The translations under genes and the position numbers were made by a program. Below, piece after piece: positions 25,401 to 37,800 of a DNA stretch of 64,000 nucleotides (position 1 is the first letter of the stretch; each line of letters begins with the position of its first letter). The notes beneath the pieces were generated by a model that was given only the letters and a program-made list of their open reading frames with translations, did not search any database and was not told the origin of the DNA. Location of the stretch: NCBI GenBank assembly GCA_036172245.1, contig JAYWIR010000032.1, positions 1,612,001 through 1,676,000 of the forward strand. Reading direction: 5' to 3'. This DNA is from Raillietiella orientalis (Eukaryota).

Positions 25401-26566
25401 GCATGGATTTTCCAGTGTGAAGGTCACTCGAAGGCTCATGCAGCAGTGACCGGCTGATGAGTGCTTTTTCTTCGTTTTATTCCGAAAACAACAACAACAA
25501 ACTGCATCGATCGGTTCCATCCAAGCACGCCCTCAAGAAAACGCGCGCGCGCACACTTCGGAGACGTGAGCCGAAAGCGCACTTGCGCCTCCTGCGGCCT
25601 GCAAGTTTTCACGGATGTCGGGAAGATATTTCCCTCCTGAGACGGCCCGGGTGGCAGCTTCCTCCAGTCGCCGAAGACAACGTCCGGCGAATCCGAGGAG
25701 GAACTGCCGCTCCGCGGTCCGCGAAGACCGGGCCAAACTGATAGGCGGGAGTGGTCGAACTTTGCTTCCTGGACATTTGGAAACGCGCAGAGAGTTCCCG
25801 CCTGCGCCACGGAGGAAGGGGGGAGGGAATGGTCAGTTTTCGGGGATGGAAAACTGGTGCAGGATGATTTCGTACGACATGAGGACGCTGAAGATCTGGG
25901 ACCACACAGCATGCACCACCAAGCTGAGATGTACTCACGGCCAGGACGAAGCTCCTGTTCAGGATGAAGAAGCGCATCCCCGTCAACCCGACTTCCTCCC
26001 GCAACTGATTCTCGAACCGAGCGACCTCCAGGCAGAAGCTGGGCGCCAAACGAGAAAGAAACCGCAGATCACTGGGGCATTCTTGCGAGAAGGTCAGGAA
26101 GTGAGCGGAGACTCTGACGGCACGACCCCGGGGACGACGGCCCTCGAACGAAAGTACAGCAGAGCCCCGTATAACGCTGACTCGGGATGGGGCGACCTCA
26201 AAGATGGCGAGCAGCCCTCGTGCAACGCGGTAATCAGCCTGCTGCGGCTCTGCGGATAAATTTCGCCCATGTGGTACGGGGTCAGGTCGAGAAGGACGCG
26301 AACACGTGGATTGACTGAATTCTATTCTGTGCAAAGCTCCGTAGATAAAAATAGAGCAAGAAAGTGGGTCGTTCAACCGCGAGAATGACGAAACTTGATC
26401 ATCCTATTCAGCTAATTGAGGATCAGCAAAACTCTAAAGGTTTCTTTTTTACTTGAAATCAAGTAAGATATGAACGCTTAATTGTTTCTTTCTTCCTCAA
26501 ATTGGAACGTTCACTGTTAAAGACATTCAGGATACATCTGCTGTGATCTGTGTCATGCATAATCCA

Positions 26567-26619
26567 TGGGGCTCGTATAACGCAGAAAGTATCTTCCGCG
26601 TTATGCGGGGCCCACTGTA
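26567..26619. repeat. Short hairpin resembling a Tc1/pogo-type mini-MITE end
   Basis: ~21-bp imperfect arms with a 6-nt loop, ending CACTG-TA. Confidence 0.4.
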
Positions 26620-27689
26620 TTTGTAAAACGCACGCACACAAAAAAACAGATGTCAAGCATATTTTATTAGTAGAATATTTAGAATCTGATCTACTCGACT
26701 CATGTGTTGGTATTCTTTTCTACCATACCACAAAGGCGAAATTTGTCGGCGGTGTTGTACGGGTCTGATTTACCGCGTTGTACGAGGGCCGTCGCCATTT
26801 TTCCGTCGCGCCGCGCGGAAGAGCCCTGTGACGAGCGCGCCAGAGACATCTGCGAAGGATCCGCACGAAACACATCGCTAACGGCGACTCCTCTTTTGTG
26901 CCACCATCCTGCCTTTGCGATCGAAAACTCTCCTCACCTGAAAGGAGGAGAATCCTCTGGAAGAGCGCGACCGGTACGGAGGACGAAGGAAAGGGAGGGT
27001 CCGGTTCCAGGAAACCGGTCGAAGAAACAAAAGGGGGATCTCCTTAAGAGAGTCACTCGTGCTCCCTTCTATCGTATCCCGAGCAAGAGACCGCATCTCA
27101 GGAGGCAGGGGAGGGGAAGGGGGGAGAAGCAAGAGTCAACTGATGTGTGGGAGAGCACGACACGCGATGGCGAGCATCCACAGGCACGGGAGCATCTTCC
27201 TATCCGACCCGGCTGGCTGAAGAGCAGGCGGCATAAAAACACCCCTCCCCGTCCTCCCCCGCCCAATCCGAGGGTGCCGCAGCGGATTCCGATCCGCACA
27301 CAGCGCACAGCGCTTGGTCGCGTCCCGGGCCCCGAAGGGAAACGCCCGAGAGATCCGACCGCGAGATGGCGCGATCGGGGGAGATGCGCGACGTGGGCTG
27401 CTGCCGGGGAGACGGCCGCCAGGGCGCGCCGGCGGGAAGCGCGGCGACAAGCCCCGCTGTTTCGATTCGGGCGGGACGAGGGATTCCCACTCGGGAGAGC
27501 AGGGAGCGGCTCTTACTTTTCCTTGGGACAGCACCGCGTGTACTTCAGCGGCTTCTTGGACTGCTCGTTTATTCTCGCAGCCATCAAGGAGACGAGGATC
27601 AGCCTGCCCATCAGATGGAAGAAGGACCATCCTACGTACACCTTATCCAGAAGAAACCCGGTCGACGGTCTGGAAAACACATCAGGCAC

Positions 27690-28460
27690 CGCCACCATCA
27701 TCCTCACCGTTCTTGAGATTGCCATCATCACTGCCCACAACCACCATCATCAATCTCATCATCATCATTACAATCATCGTCTCCGACCGTCACCGGTCTC
27801 AACATCCTCCTACTCCTCATTCTCAAGATTTACCATCATGATACGAATCATCGCCATCGCCGCCGCCGACGCCGTCACCGTCATGTCATCATCATGATCA
27901 TCGTCATTCTCAACATCATCATTGCCACTGTCGCTGTCGTTATTATTCTCATCACTATCGTCATCGCCACTACCACCACCATCATCATCCTTAATACTGT
28001 CATTGTCATTGCAAGAGTCATCATCATCATCATTCATAACGTTTTCATTAGCATCACCATCCTTGACATCGGCGCCGCCACCACCACCATCATCATCACC
28101 ATTTTCATCATCATCGCTGCCACTACCGTTATCAACACTATCTCTATTATTTTCATCACCATAATCATCATCATTCACATCATCATCATCATCATCACCT
28201 CCACTGCTTTCATCATTATCACGATTGTCACGATCATGATCGTGAAAATCATCATTCTTAACATTATCATTGTCACTGTCGCTACCGCCGTTATTCTTAT
28301 CATCATCATCGCTGCCGCCGCCATTCTCAACGCTGTCATTATTATTCTCATCATCATTCTCGACAACATCGTCGTCGTCATCGTCATCATCATCCTTATC
28401 ATTGTCGCTATCATCAGCTTTTGTTCCCCATCCTCGTCGTCGCCGTCGTCATGGCAGCAG
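27690..28460. repeat. Degenerate (ATC/CAT)n trinucleotide microsatellite
   Basis: About 770 bp of ATC/GTC/ACC triplets. Explains the poly-I, poly-D, poly-S and poly-M ORFs. Confidence 0.95.
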
Positions 28461-29659
28461 CGGCAGCAGCCGGAGGAATCACGTTTTCGAGAGGTCTGTC
28501 TGCTCGCGAACGGCAGCGAGGTTCCTGAGGCCGCCCGGAAGGAGCAGTCGGCGTTCTTTTCCTCTTCAGCCCAACGCCTGCCTCAACACGTCTCAAGTGG
28601 CCCAACACTTTGAGCGCGGCAGTTGAGCCTCGGAGCCCTTGACGTGCGCCACAGCGAAGGCTGGGAACAGCGGGAAGAATGAGCCACGCGTTCCCACCGC
28701 AACGTCGGCCGCTCCTCTCGAAGGAAAATCCCGCGGAACCGTCGGGCGATTCGGACGCCATCTCTTGGAGGTACGGGGAACGGCGGCGACCGCCATTTTT
28801 CCGCCTGGCGACCCCAGCCGCACAAGTGGCTCTCGCCAGCCAGTAGCAGAGAGCCAAAAACGACACCGAGAAGGAAGATCCAGCTAGAAGATGTTCAGTA
28901 ACGGGCATCCTCGGACTGGACCGCGTAACGGAGGAGGGCCGTAGGTCTGCTCGGCGGAAGTGCATTCCGAAGGCAGATCTGCCTGAGGTTCCGAGATAAG
29001 AGGGAAGTTTGCGAGGGATGTACTGTGCACCATTCTCGAGGTATCGTCTCTCGTTTCGTACGGCCACATAAGCCCTCATCTCTCATCCTCGTCGCTTGGA
29101 CTGCTCTCATGAAAAAGAGAGAGAGAGAGAAAGGAAAAGAAGGCGATCCCAGGTTGCGCAGATAGGCGAAGCCAGTGTGTCAGCCACCCCGCGGAGATCC
29201 TGGCAGCATCTGTAGCTAGCTGATGGTTCCTTTCGTTCGTATGCGGCGGACCTTCCGCTTTCTGAGCGCGCTCCAACGCTATGGCGCAACGCTCCAGGTG
29301 CGCCGAAGATGCTCTTCGTCCCCCCGTCTTCCCCAGCCGCCGCCTCTCGTCTCCTCCCCTCCCCCCCCCCGGCGCAGCATCCGCAGATGCTGCTGCGAGC
29401 AGGGGGCGGCCGCGCCGGACATGCAGAGGACTCGGTCTGCCCCTCACGCCCGCATCGATCGATCTGCCGACGCCCCCACCGGCTTCTGCCTCCGAGAGCG
29501 AATCTTTTTTTCCTTTTCTCAGCATTTTTTTCCCCCCTTCTTTTCTCTGGACGCCCCTGCTGAAGATGCGATCAGCTTCCTCCCCTGCAGGTCGAGAGCA
29601 TCCGTCCCCTGCTTGAAAGAATCCGCGCTGCGTCGCCGTGGGTTTCAGCACCCCCTCTT

Positions 29660-30412
29660 GCCTCTGCACCACGAACTCCCGAAGAGCACTGATGAACCCT
29701 TCCTCGAGTACGACCGCCCGCGAGTTTCCCGTTTCCGCACGTGCTCACGAACACCCGCACCTTCCTCTTAAAGTGGCAGGAGTCGGCACTGATGCTGCTG
29801 AAACCAAAGCCCGCCAGTATCATTGGACACGGGGGGAAGGGGTGGACCGAAACTGTGCAAGGTTCGGGGAGCGGAGCTGCGCCTCCCAGTGGACTGTGCT
29901 GCTTTGTCGCGACCCTTGGAACCCTGGAGGCAACTCCAGAGACGTTTTAAAGCGCCTCTTCCTGCGCGACGTCCTCACGCCGGCCGCATCCTTAGCAGCA
30001 CTTTGCCGCCCACGCAGCCGGACCGTGGCTGAGTGGAGCGACGCCAGAGGAGGCCATGACGACAGGGACGCCATCTCTTTCGCTGTCTTCATGAGGACAG
30101 CGTCAAGATGGTCCCATCTGGGAGTCTTGAAACAGGCAATTGCCGGCATCCTTACAAGGGTGCAGAAGACACCCTCCGGTACACAGTGATCCCTTCCCTA
30201 ACCCCTCCCTCGCTCATTTTTTTGATTGTATGTTTTTTTTTTTCTTTTTGTTTGTCTCTCCTTTCCCTATGTTGCCGAGGCGAACCCCGCTGGCCTACGT
30301 GCCGGCTCTCGGTTCCCTCCGTAACGTAGCAGGGCCAAGCGTCCTGCCACTGACTCGTATGTTTTTTTTGTTTTTTTTTCCAAATAAATGCCCCGGCGCA
30401 ACTGGGTGACAG
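29660..30412 (+). mobile_element. Tx1/L1-like LINE 3' fragment with 3' UTR
   Basis: 'HLPLK...DDRDAISFAVFMRTASRWSHL...AGILTRVQKTPSGTQ*', structured motif at 30274-30313, AATAAA followed by a terminal hairpin. Confidence 0.7.
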
Positions 30413-30434
30413 TCCATTTCTCAGGTTCAGTCTC

Positions 30435-30905
30435 ATTTTTTGGTTCTCCTAGTCCCTCAAGGACCGTCGCGCTCCTGGCGGCGACTCACGCAGCTCTTTG
30501 ACGCTGTTCCGCGCCACTGCGTGCACTACTTCAAGATAGGGGGCACCCCAGGAGGGGACCTCCCTATGAATCCAGGAAGGTCTGGGAGTCCATTCCTCTC
30601 ACGCTTGGATAGGAATCCCCGAAGGGAACCCCTCCACCCTGGTTGTTTCCGAAAGGATCCCCCGGAGGGAAACTTGATTCTGCTTCCTGGAAATACACCG
30701 GAGGGTCGACTCCCATTGTCCCGGCCACTCATCGGGGGCATCCGGTTTTAACCGCTACCGGGGCCGCCGCACCAGAATGAGTGTAGGCCAACCAGCGTCA
30801 TCTCTCGGAAAGAACTCCAACCCACTCCCCATCTCTCGGCGTCGATTCTTGCCGAGTATTCGAACCCGTGACGCTTGGTGGTGGCACGCGCGCAGCCACA
30901 CGGCC
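30435..30905 (-). mobile_element. SINE family copy (head to tail, internally shortened)
   Basis: Reverse B-box ATTCGAACCC at ~30858-30867, body ATGAATCCAGGAAGG, tail TTTTTTGGTTCTCC. Confidence 0.7.
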
Positions 30906-31256
30906 GTTGGCAACGAGGGGAAATCTTACACCTCAGTTTCGAACCTCAGAGTTCTTTTGCTCCTCCAGAGTGCGAGCTCGGCTAGCCACGGATGAGACTC
31001 CGACGAAAAGAGCTCTCGGAGACGTGGTCTCTCAAAACCGAAGCTGCCGAAAAGACGGACACGAAGAAAGCAAGCAAGCTGTGGATGTCTCGAGGCAGCA
31101 GAATCCATCTGACCTCGCGTATCGAGTCTTCCAAGCAACCGCACCAAGCGTTCACGGGTTCGAAACGACTTTGGGAAGTCTGTTATAGGAACTCTGGTCG
31201 GAGGTCTTTGATGCCCTTGCCGTCAGTCAGACATGCAAAAGAAAACAGTTGTGTAC

Positions 31257-31422
31257 CTGATATTCGAAAACAGCTGATAGCAGACGAAGAACACGTTGTT
31301 AATGTAGGAAATGAGAACCAGCGGTGAGACAACTCTGTCCACTTTCTCGACTAAGATGACCAGCTTTAAGTGATCCAGTCGCACTCTTTCCCAGTCCACT
31401 GCAGTCCACGCCGTGATGTCAA
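31257..31422 (-). CDS. Gustatory receptor (sugar/trehalose receptor-like), second identified coding exon
   Basis: tttag acceptor, 'VDITAWTAVDWERVRLDHLKLVILVEKVDRVVSPLVLISYINNVFFVCYQLFSNI', AG|gtacac donor. Phase is compatible with exon 40643-41399 and the peptide matches the Gr5a/Gr64-type TM5 region. Confidence 0.85.
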
Positions 31423-32431
31423 CTAAACAGTACATTGGTTCCAATGAAAGCTGACCGTCACACAGAGCAGGGGAGTGCAACATCTGAGCAGTCATCCAGA
31501 AGACCACGCCATTCCCCTGATTCCCCGCACCAAAGGGTCGGCGGCGGAAGGCCCAACGTGGTTCTGCGAACCGAGAAAGGGAAGCACGCTGGCGATCCCT
31601 GCCCCCCTTCGAGTCCAGCGGGCATCTCTGTATACGTGGATGCTCTCGCATATGGGATGGGGCTGGGGGACCTTTCGAACGTGCAGCATCGTATCGATCC
31701 CTAGCGGCTTTCGAATTCTTGCTCCCGCCCAAACTTCAAAGCCTCTTCCTTTCCCCTACCCCCTGGTCACAGCCTCTCTCCGCTCCAGACGATGACTGCG
31801 AACACTCCACTGGATTTGGGGGATGTTTGTGTCCTCTGCCTTCTGCAGTGGCACATTCGCATCACGTTCATCATGTATGCACGCTTGCGATCGTAAGCAA
31901 ATGCTCATAGGCAAGGCTGCAGGACGTATGCATGCTGAGATGATGGACGTGAAAAAGATGACGGAGTTCGACTTCAACCCTCCAAAGCTTTTTAAATCCA
32001 ATTCCCCTAGCCGTGACTCGTGAGGATCGAAGATTTTCAAGGGTTTCGGGAACCGAGGCAGCACTGAACGGAGACAACATCCTCCATCCTGGCCGCGGGA
32101 GCGCAAAGCGCTAAAGAAAAAATGGCGCCTCGAGGTAATTTCAACATGGTGTCCTTTCCATTTGGACAGGAAGGTAAAGACTCGAAAATAAAATGAAAAG
32201 AAGTGTGGATATACCATAAAATAATTCTTAATCTAACGATCAAACAGGAAATGTTCACAATGTAGGAAGCACATCAAAAAAGAAAATCTCTAGTGGACTA
32301 GTTAGCTCAGGACACATTGGATGTAGTCACCTTTGACAGAAGAAACTTTTGACACGAGCAACCCTTGGCATAGTCAGCATTTTGATCTTCCTGCTATTCG
32401 ATGGAAGAAACTTTTTTCAGCTGCGTTAAAG

Positions 32432-33060
32432 ATGGGAAAAAATGAAGGAAACTCACCAACTATTCAACAAGAGTTGGATGTCTTACGCGAAATCGGAAAG
32501 GGAACGAAGGGCCGTGTTTGAAATGCCATCCACCAATCATTTCGAAGACCGCGAAAGATAAAGGGAACTTGGAGGCCTGCTGTGGTGTCCCGAAACACCT
32601 AAAAACAGGATGAAGATCTCGAAAGTTCCCGAAACGGCACGAGCCTCGCACTCGTGGTTTTCGCAACAGCGAGACCACCACGAAGGAATTTCCCGAAAGG
32701 AAAGGCCAAGGAGATTCGGTTGGGATAGAATGGGGGATTTTCGGCAAGTGGTGGGCGGCTGAGCGACTCCAGAAAAAGACGTGGTGTTCGCTTGTTGACC
32801 ACATCCGGGGAGGAACGTCCGTGCGACGCCGCACAGGCTCCAGTTTTCGTGGAAAAATTTAGAGAGGTGGTTAATGAAACCAAATATCTAATGGAGCAAC
32901 TCTATGACTGTGGCGAAACACGAATGGTGCACAAAGGATTACCAAATGAAACGAATGTTCATCGAAGTGAAGTAACAGTCCCTGGGAGAAAAAATAGCAA
33001 GGAAGGGGTCACTTTAATGTCCCGTGTCAGTGCCACGGGCAATCACAAAAATTTAGAAAA
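32432..33060 (+). mobile_element. Pogo/Tigger (CENP-B-like) transposase pseudogene
   Basis: 'TIQQELDVLREIGKG', 'FSASGGRL..RKRRG', 'EQLYDCGETRMVHKGLP...PGRKNSKEGVTL....ATGNHK'. Contains frameshifts and stops. Confidence 0.85.
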
Positions 33061-33328
33061 TTTGGATGAGAGTAAACAAGGTTCAAAAATTCGATATTGA
33101 CACAAAGTTATTGACCAGTCATTCAGTCTGGCTATTGAGTGGTCAGAAAGTGCCTGCCTTCCTGTTCGCGATGCCCTCCTCCTGATGAGACCACAGGACA
33201 AAGCAATCCGTGGAGAGGTTTGAGCAAAATTTCATATCGTGTCATCATCATCATCATTTACCATACACTATCATTATTTCTACCTTTGCAATGCTTGGCT
33301 GGAATGTACGGGCTGGCGGAAGCATAGT

Positions 33329-33703
33329 TTACTTCGAGCTCGTGTATTTGGTCACGGCTTTCGTTCCCTCCGAGACGGCGTGCTTGGCCAGTTCCCCAGG
33401 CAGCAGCAGACGCACCGCCGTCTGCACCTCCCGGCTGGTGATGGTGGTGCGCTTGTTGTAGTGGGACAGGCGGGACGCTTCTGCAGCGATGCGCTCGAAG
33501 ATGTCGTTCACGAAGCTGTTCATGATCGACATGGCCTTGCTGGAGATGCCCGTGTCCGGGTGCACCTGCTTCAGCACTTTGTAGATGTAGATGGCGTAAC
33601 TCTCCTTCCTCTTCCGCTTCTTCTTCTTGTCGCCCTTCGTGATGTTCTTCTGCGCCTTGCCCGCCTTCTTCACCGCCTTCCCACTACCAGACTTGGGAGC
33701 CAT
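33329..33703 (-). CDS. H2B: Histone H2B (124 aa, intronless, intact)
   Basis: [15 protein letters not shown]...[43 protein letters not shown]...[20 protein letters not shown] at 33703-33701. Confidence 0.98.
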   Translation of the reverse strand: MAPKSGSGKAVKKAGKAQKNITKGDKKKKRKRKESYAIYIYKVLKQVHPDTGISSKAMSIMNSFVNDIFERIAAEASRLSHYNKRTTITSREVQTAVRLLLPGELAKHAVSEGTKAVTKYTSSK

Positions 33704-34587
33704 TTCGAATCCACACGGCAATATGCCACTCACTACACCCTCCAGACCCTACTTCAGACTACCCATCTCGATGCAATCAACAACGTTCTATGAAGGCAAC
33801 AGCGTTTTTGCAATTTCGATTCCAGCAAAGGTGACTCTAGCGAATGCGCACTGTATCCAATGTATCAAATTTATGGATTTACATTCTGGATGGACCGTCG
33901 AACTGTTTTTTTCTTGGAAAAGACACAAAGTACGAGTGGTTTTCTTTCCTTGGCATTCCTTCCTCAGATTTCATTGCTGAATGCTTGGATGCTCACGAAA
34001 TTCGCACTCTCTCTTTGCTTATACCCAAGCTTATGGATCCTACGCCGATAAACTTCTCCAGCAATCGTAGAATAACAACGAGTGGAAAGTTTTCAGACTC
34101 AGCAGTTGTTAAAGTGTTCAGCAAGACAGTCTTCCAAGAAAAATGTCTTCCAAGATGTCTCCTACAGTTTGTGGAGATACATATGTTACATAATGATGCA
34201 TATGTTAACAGATGATAATTCTAGAGATTTGTTGTTTGGTCATTAGATTAAAAATTATTTTATGGCGTATCTATATATGAAGGACTGCTATGTTCCGGAG
34301 AGGTCATTTGCTTTTTTTCTTTTGTTTCCTGTCAAGTTCTCGCCCCTCCACGTTTCGCAGTTCCATGTAAGGAATTCGGGAGGAAATCGTTGTTGCATTT
34401 TTCTGAAGAGGGAATCTTTTCTGATATTCCTATGTGGTGGCAATAAAGACCAAATTTTTGAAATAGTGGACACTGCAACGAACAACATTTAATGAAAGTG
34501 TGTTGGCAATGCTGTTAACCAACAAGATTGCCAGCAGCGATGCTGGAAAAAAAACAGTCGCAAGGAAGTTGAAAGCATACTCCAGTT

Positions 34588-34864
34588 CGGCGTTTCCCAA
34601 TCCGTGTTCCGTGGAAATTCAATAAGTGTTCCACGAAAAATTATGAAGATTAATATATTTTAAATGCTCTCAAGTTTATTTTACTATTTTCATGTGTTTT
34701 GTTTCACATAATTAAAATTTGAGGATAACCGTCTGCTTTGTTTTATATTTACTTGCTTACTTCTTTTATTATTATCTACCTTCCCTATATAATAACCAAG
34801 GTATTCCGTTAAAATTTGAGGATTTGTGAAGTGTTCCGTCATAGGAAAAGTTTGGGAAGCGCTG
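34588..34864. mobile_element. hAT (Charlie-like) MITE
   Basis: TIRs CGGCGTTTCCCAA / TTGGGAAGCGCTG, subterminal GTGTTCCGT repeats, imperfect 8-bp TSD CTCCAGTT / CTCTAGTC. Confidence 0.8.
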
Positions 34865-37800
34865 CTCTAGTCAAAAGTACACCAATGCACTTTTTATAAG
34901 AAATTTCCGCAGAGCTTCGCATTGAATTCAGGAATTTTCGGGATTTGCATATCGCCATATGTATCTTGATGTCACACACAGGTAAGCATCGCTTGCATGA
35001 ATTAAATATTGTGCCACCATTTTGGAGTACTCCTCGCTTAGAATCGAAATACTTTGAAACATGAGGGATGATGAGAGAAGTAGAAAGAGGTGATAAGGTG
35101 GAGAAAAGTTTGTGGAAATAAAGAGAACACATATGAAAATGAATGAAACATACATATGAGAATAAAGGATATGTGAACCAAATATCATACAAAACAAGCA
35201 AGATAAAAGGAGGCGGAGGTGGCAAAGAAGTTCTGTTTGTCAACTTTCCTGATCACACAGGTCAAAATCACAACAGCATATTGGCAGAGGCGGAGAGGCA
35301 GACTTTTTCTCTGAAAGGCCTCGACTCTTTGCCTCCCACAGCTGCGTGAAAATCTCTGAGATTCTCCTCTGAAATGTCGATCGGAAAAGTGAAGAATGAG
35401 ATGCAAGAAATGGACAATTGAAAGTCCAGAAAAGATTAGGTTTCCGTTTTCATCCTTTTTCATACTTCCTTCAACGCCTTCTTGACCAAACAATCCACAG
35501 ACCATCGAGTTTTAACTATCCTCAGCAATGTTTTGATGTGCTTATCGAAGTTTGCAATGTCATCTTAACAGCGTTCTTCCGCTTTGAAGACGAAATCACT
35601 GTTTACACATCAGCATTCAATACAAAAGTCGGGAGCTTTTTTCTACTGCACATCTGGAAACGCTTCTCTTAGACAGATCCCGACCTTCCAAAAGTCCAAG
35701 ACTGCCTACCGAAAAGAAGCTCCGAACACTTGCAAATAAGAGTTTCTTTCATGTGAATTGAAGGAACCGCCAGTGAGTGATTTCGCACATGCCGATGTGT
35801 CGCATTACAGTAATCGGAAGAGACTTAAGAGGACATCCCGAAATAGGTCGGAAAGAAAATCCATCCCTCAAAGAAAAGAAAAAGGCGCCTTCTTTCTTTT
35901 CTGAACGCCGAGTTCGGTCAAGTCTTTTTCTTGTCGCACTGATTTTCGAACTTTCATCGAGAATTGGAGTTATTTATGTGTTTGCTCAGTGATACCATTG
36001 AACATTGGTCTTCCAAACTGTCCGCTTCTTCGTCCCTTCGTTTTGCAAGAATGTCAGCAATTGCAGAATCACTGAGAATGATTTAAAAGATAAGACTACC
36101 AGAATAAAGCGCTGAAGGCGCCTCTGCCCTCTCTAGTCTATGATATCGTAGGGGAACGAATGTACAGTTACGTTATTCCAACTTGCTACAAATTACTTGT
36201 AATCCGATGAGTGGTCGAAGATATACGGCACCCTCAGCACGGCTTTTGCACAGTGACGTTCCCAGAGTTCGTGATAAAATTTGACAGAAGAAGAAAGCCA
36301 GGCCCTCATTTGACGAGAAAATTGAATGTGAGGAGTCGAGTTTATAGCTTTTGAAGACCCCAGACGAAGAATCTGGTATTTCGTTTCGGGTCCACTCTGA
36401 ATTTACTGGGATCCAGGCGATGCTTTCAAAATCCCTTCCGAATTATTGCAAGTTCAGTAAGATGCCGGAAGTGACGCTTTCGGTTTACGTTTGTGGATAA
36501 GTGACCACGACAAGGGTGGACTCAGTGAAAACTTCCAGCTCCATTCATCTCATTTTCAGAAGCCCTCACCATTTTATCAGTCGTTTCCAGACTCTGCACA
36601 TCTCCAAGAATTCGTCCATGATGCTAACGTATTCCGAAGAACGATTTTTCATAAGAATGCAAAAACAGATCATTTTTTTTTTTTAACCTAAAAAGTTACT
36701 CTATCTTCTTAAATTCTTATGAACTCTTCTCATTTAAGGAAGTTCAATTTCCACCCTGGCAAACTCGATTCACCGTTCTTGATCACGTTGGAATGAGATG
36801 AACAGACAATGAGAATCTTGCTTACTGGAACATGAAAACAGTTCCACACATCTTGTAATTAGTATACGCCACTTCAGATCACATGCTTCAGTGCTGACGA
36901 CAGAAACTAGTTTCTGGGATATCGAGAAAGAAACCATGAATTCTACGAGAAAAACACAAGAGTAAAGATGTTTTTACGTCTTTCATTTAGAGTGTTCGTC
37001 ATGGCGTGGTTTTCCTAAGCGAGAAGATCCTTGTTCTTTATGGATGCCGTGAGATGCATTTTTCAAGTGAAGGATTTTAAGCACGAAATGATTTTCTTTA
37101 TACTAGTCGGAAAACTGATAATACTTCAGTTTTACTTAGCTTTTTCATTTTACAAGCTTTTGAATAAGGAAATTTTCTCATTTATCTGAGAGACACACAT
37201 ATATGTGGGAAAAGGCACCTTTCCTTATCCGAATTGTCATGGTAGTGGTAACACTGGTAGTTCGAGAGGCTCAGAATTCATTCATGCCGACCCCAGGGCT
37301 GATGGCGATTCACATGTTGGCCTTTCTATATCATCTCACATTATGGTGAAGCAAAATTCGTTACACCGCGACATCTTAATAGGAGGCTTCAGCTAGAACC
37401 CGCTAGAATTGTGTGCAATGGAGTTGCTGGACATCATGTGCATTGAACTGTTGCCGTGCCAACCTTGGCATCTCAATTCCTTTTGTTTTGCTTTTTTCAA
37501 CTAACCTCTAGTAGGAAGAGTTCCAGGGATCTAAGCTTGCAGAATAGGCTATAATACAAAAGGCAGGAAGAAGCAGTCACGAAAATGGGGAGCTGACAGA
37601 ATTCGTGAAGATTCAGTGTGCCGTGAAGAATGAGAACGAAAACGAAGGAACTTATTCCGTACAGCGCACACAGTGATAGAAGCACGCGATTCATCATCAC
37701 GAAAGAGCCAACTCATGCAAACGTCGAAAAATGAAGTCATCTTCAAACGTGGGAGCTGGGGGTCCAAACGCGCAGGAAGACGGGAGCTGAGAGGAGCGGC

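Noticed and set aside
26704..27897. 397-aa ORF as a host gene
   Set aside because: Arg/Pro-rich GC-driven ORF that runs into the microsatellite; only a faint APE-like 'ILAAIKETR' piece.
27810..28613. Long Ile-, Asp-, Ser- and Met-rich ORFs
   Set aside because: These are translations of the (ATC)n microsatellite in different frames.
14400..33200. Hammerhead ribozyme cores at CTGATGA hits (e.g. 14455, 25454, 33182)
   Set aside because: I could not form stems I-III with a correctly placed GAAA by eye.
33704..33733. 10-aa N-terminal extension of H2B in the ORF track
   Set aside because: It starts at a non-ATG codon; the eukaryotic start is the ATG at 33703.
37497..37700. Hydrophobic minus-strand ORF as an additional GR exon
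   Set aside because: It lies between two exons that already join in phase and in correct domain order, and it has no diagnostic motif.
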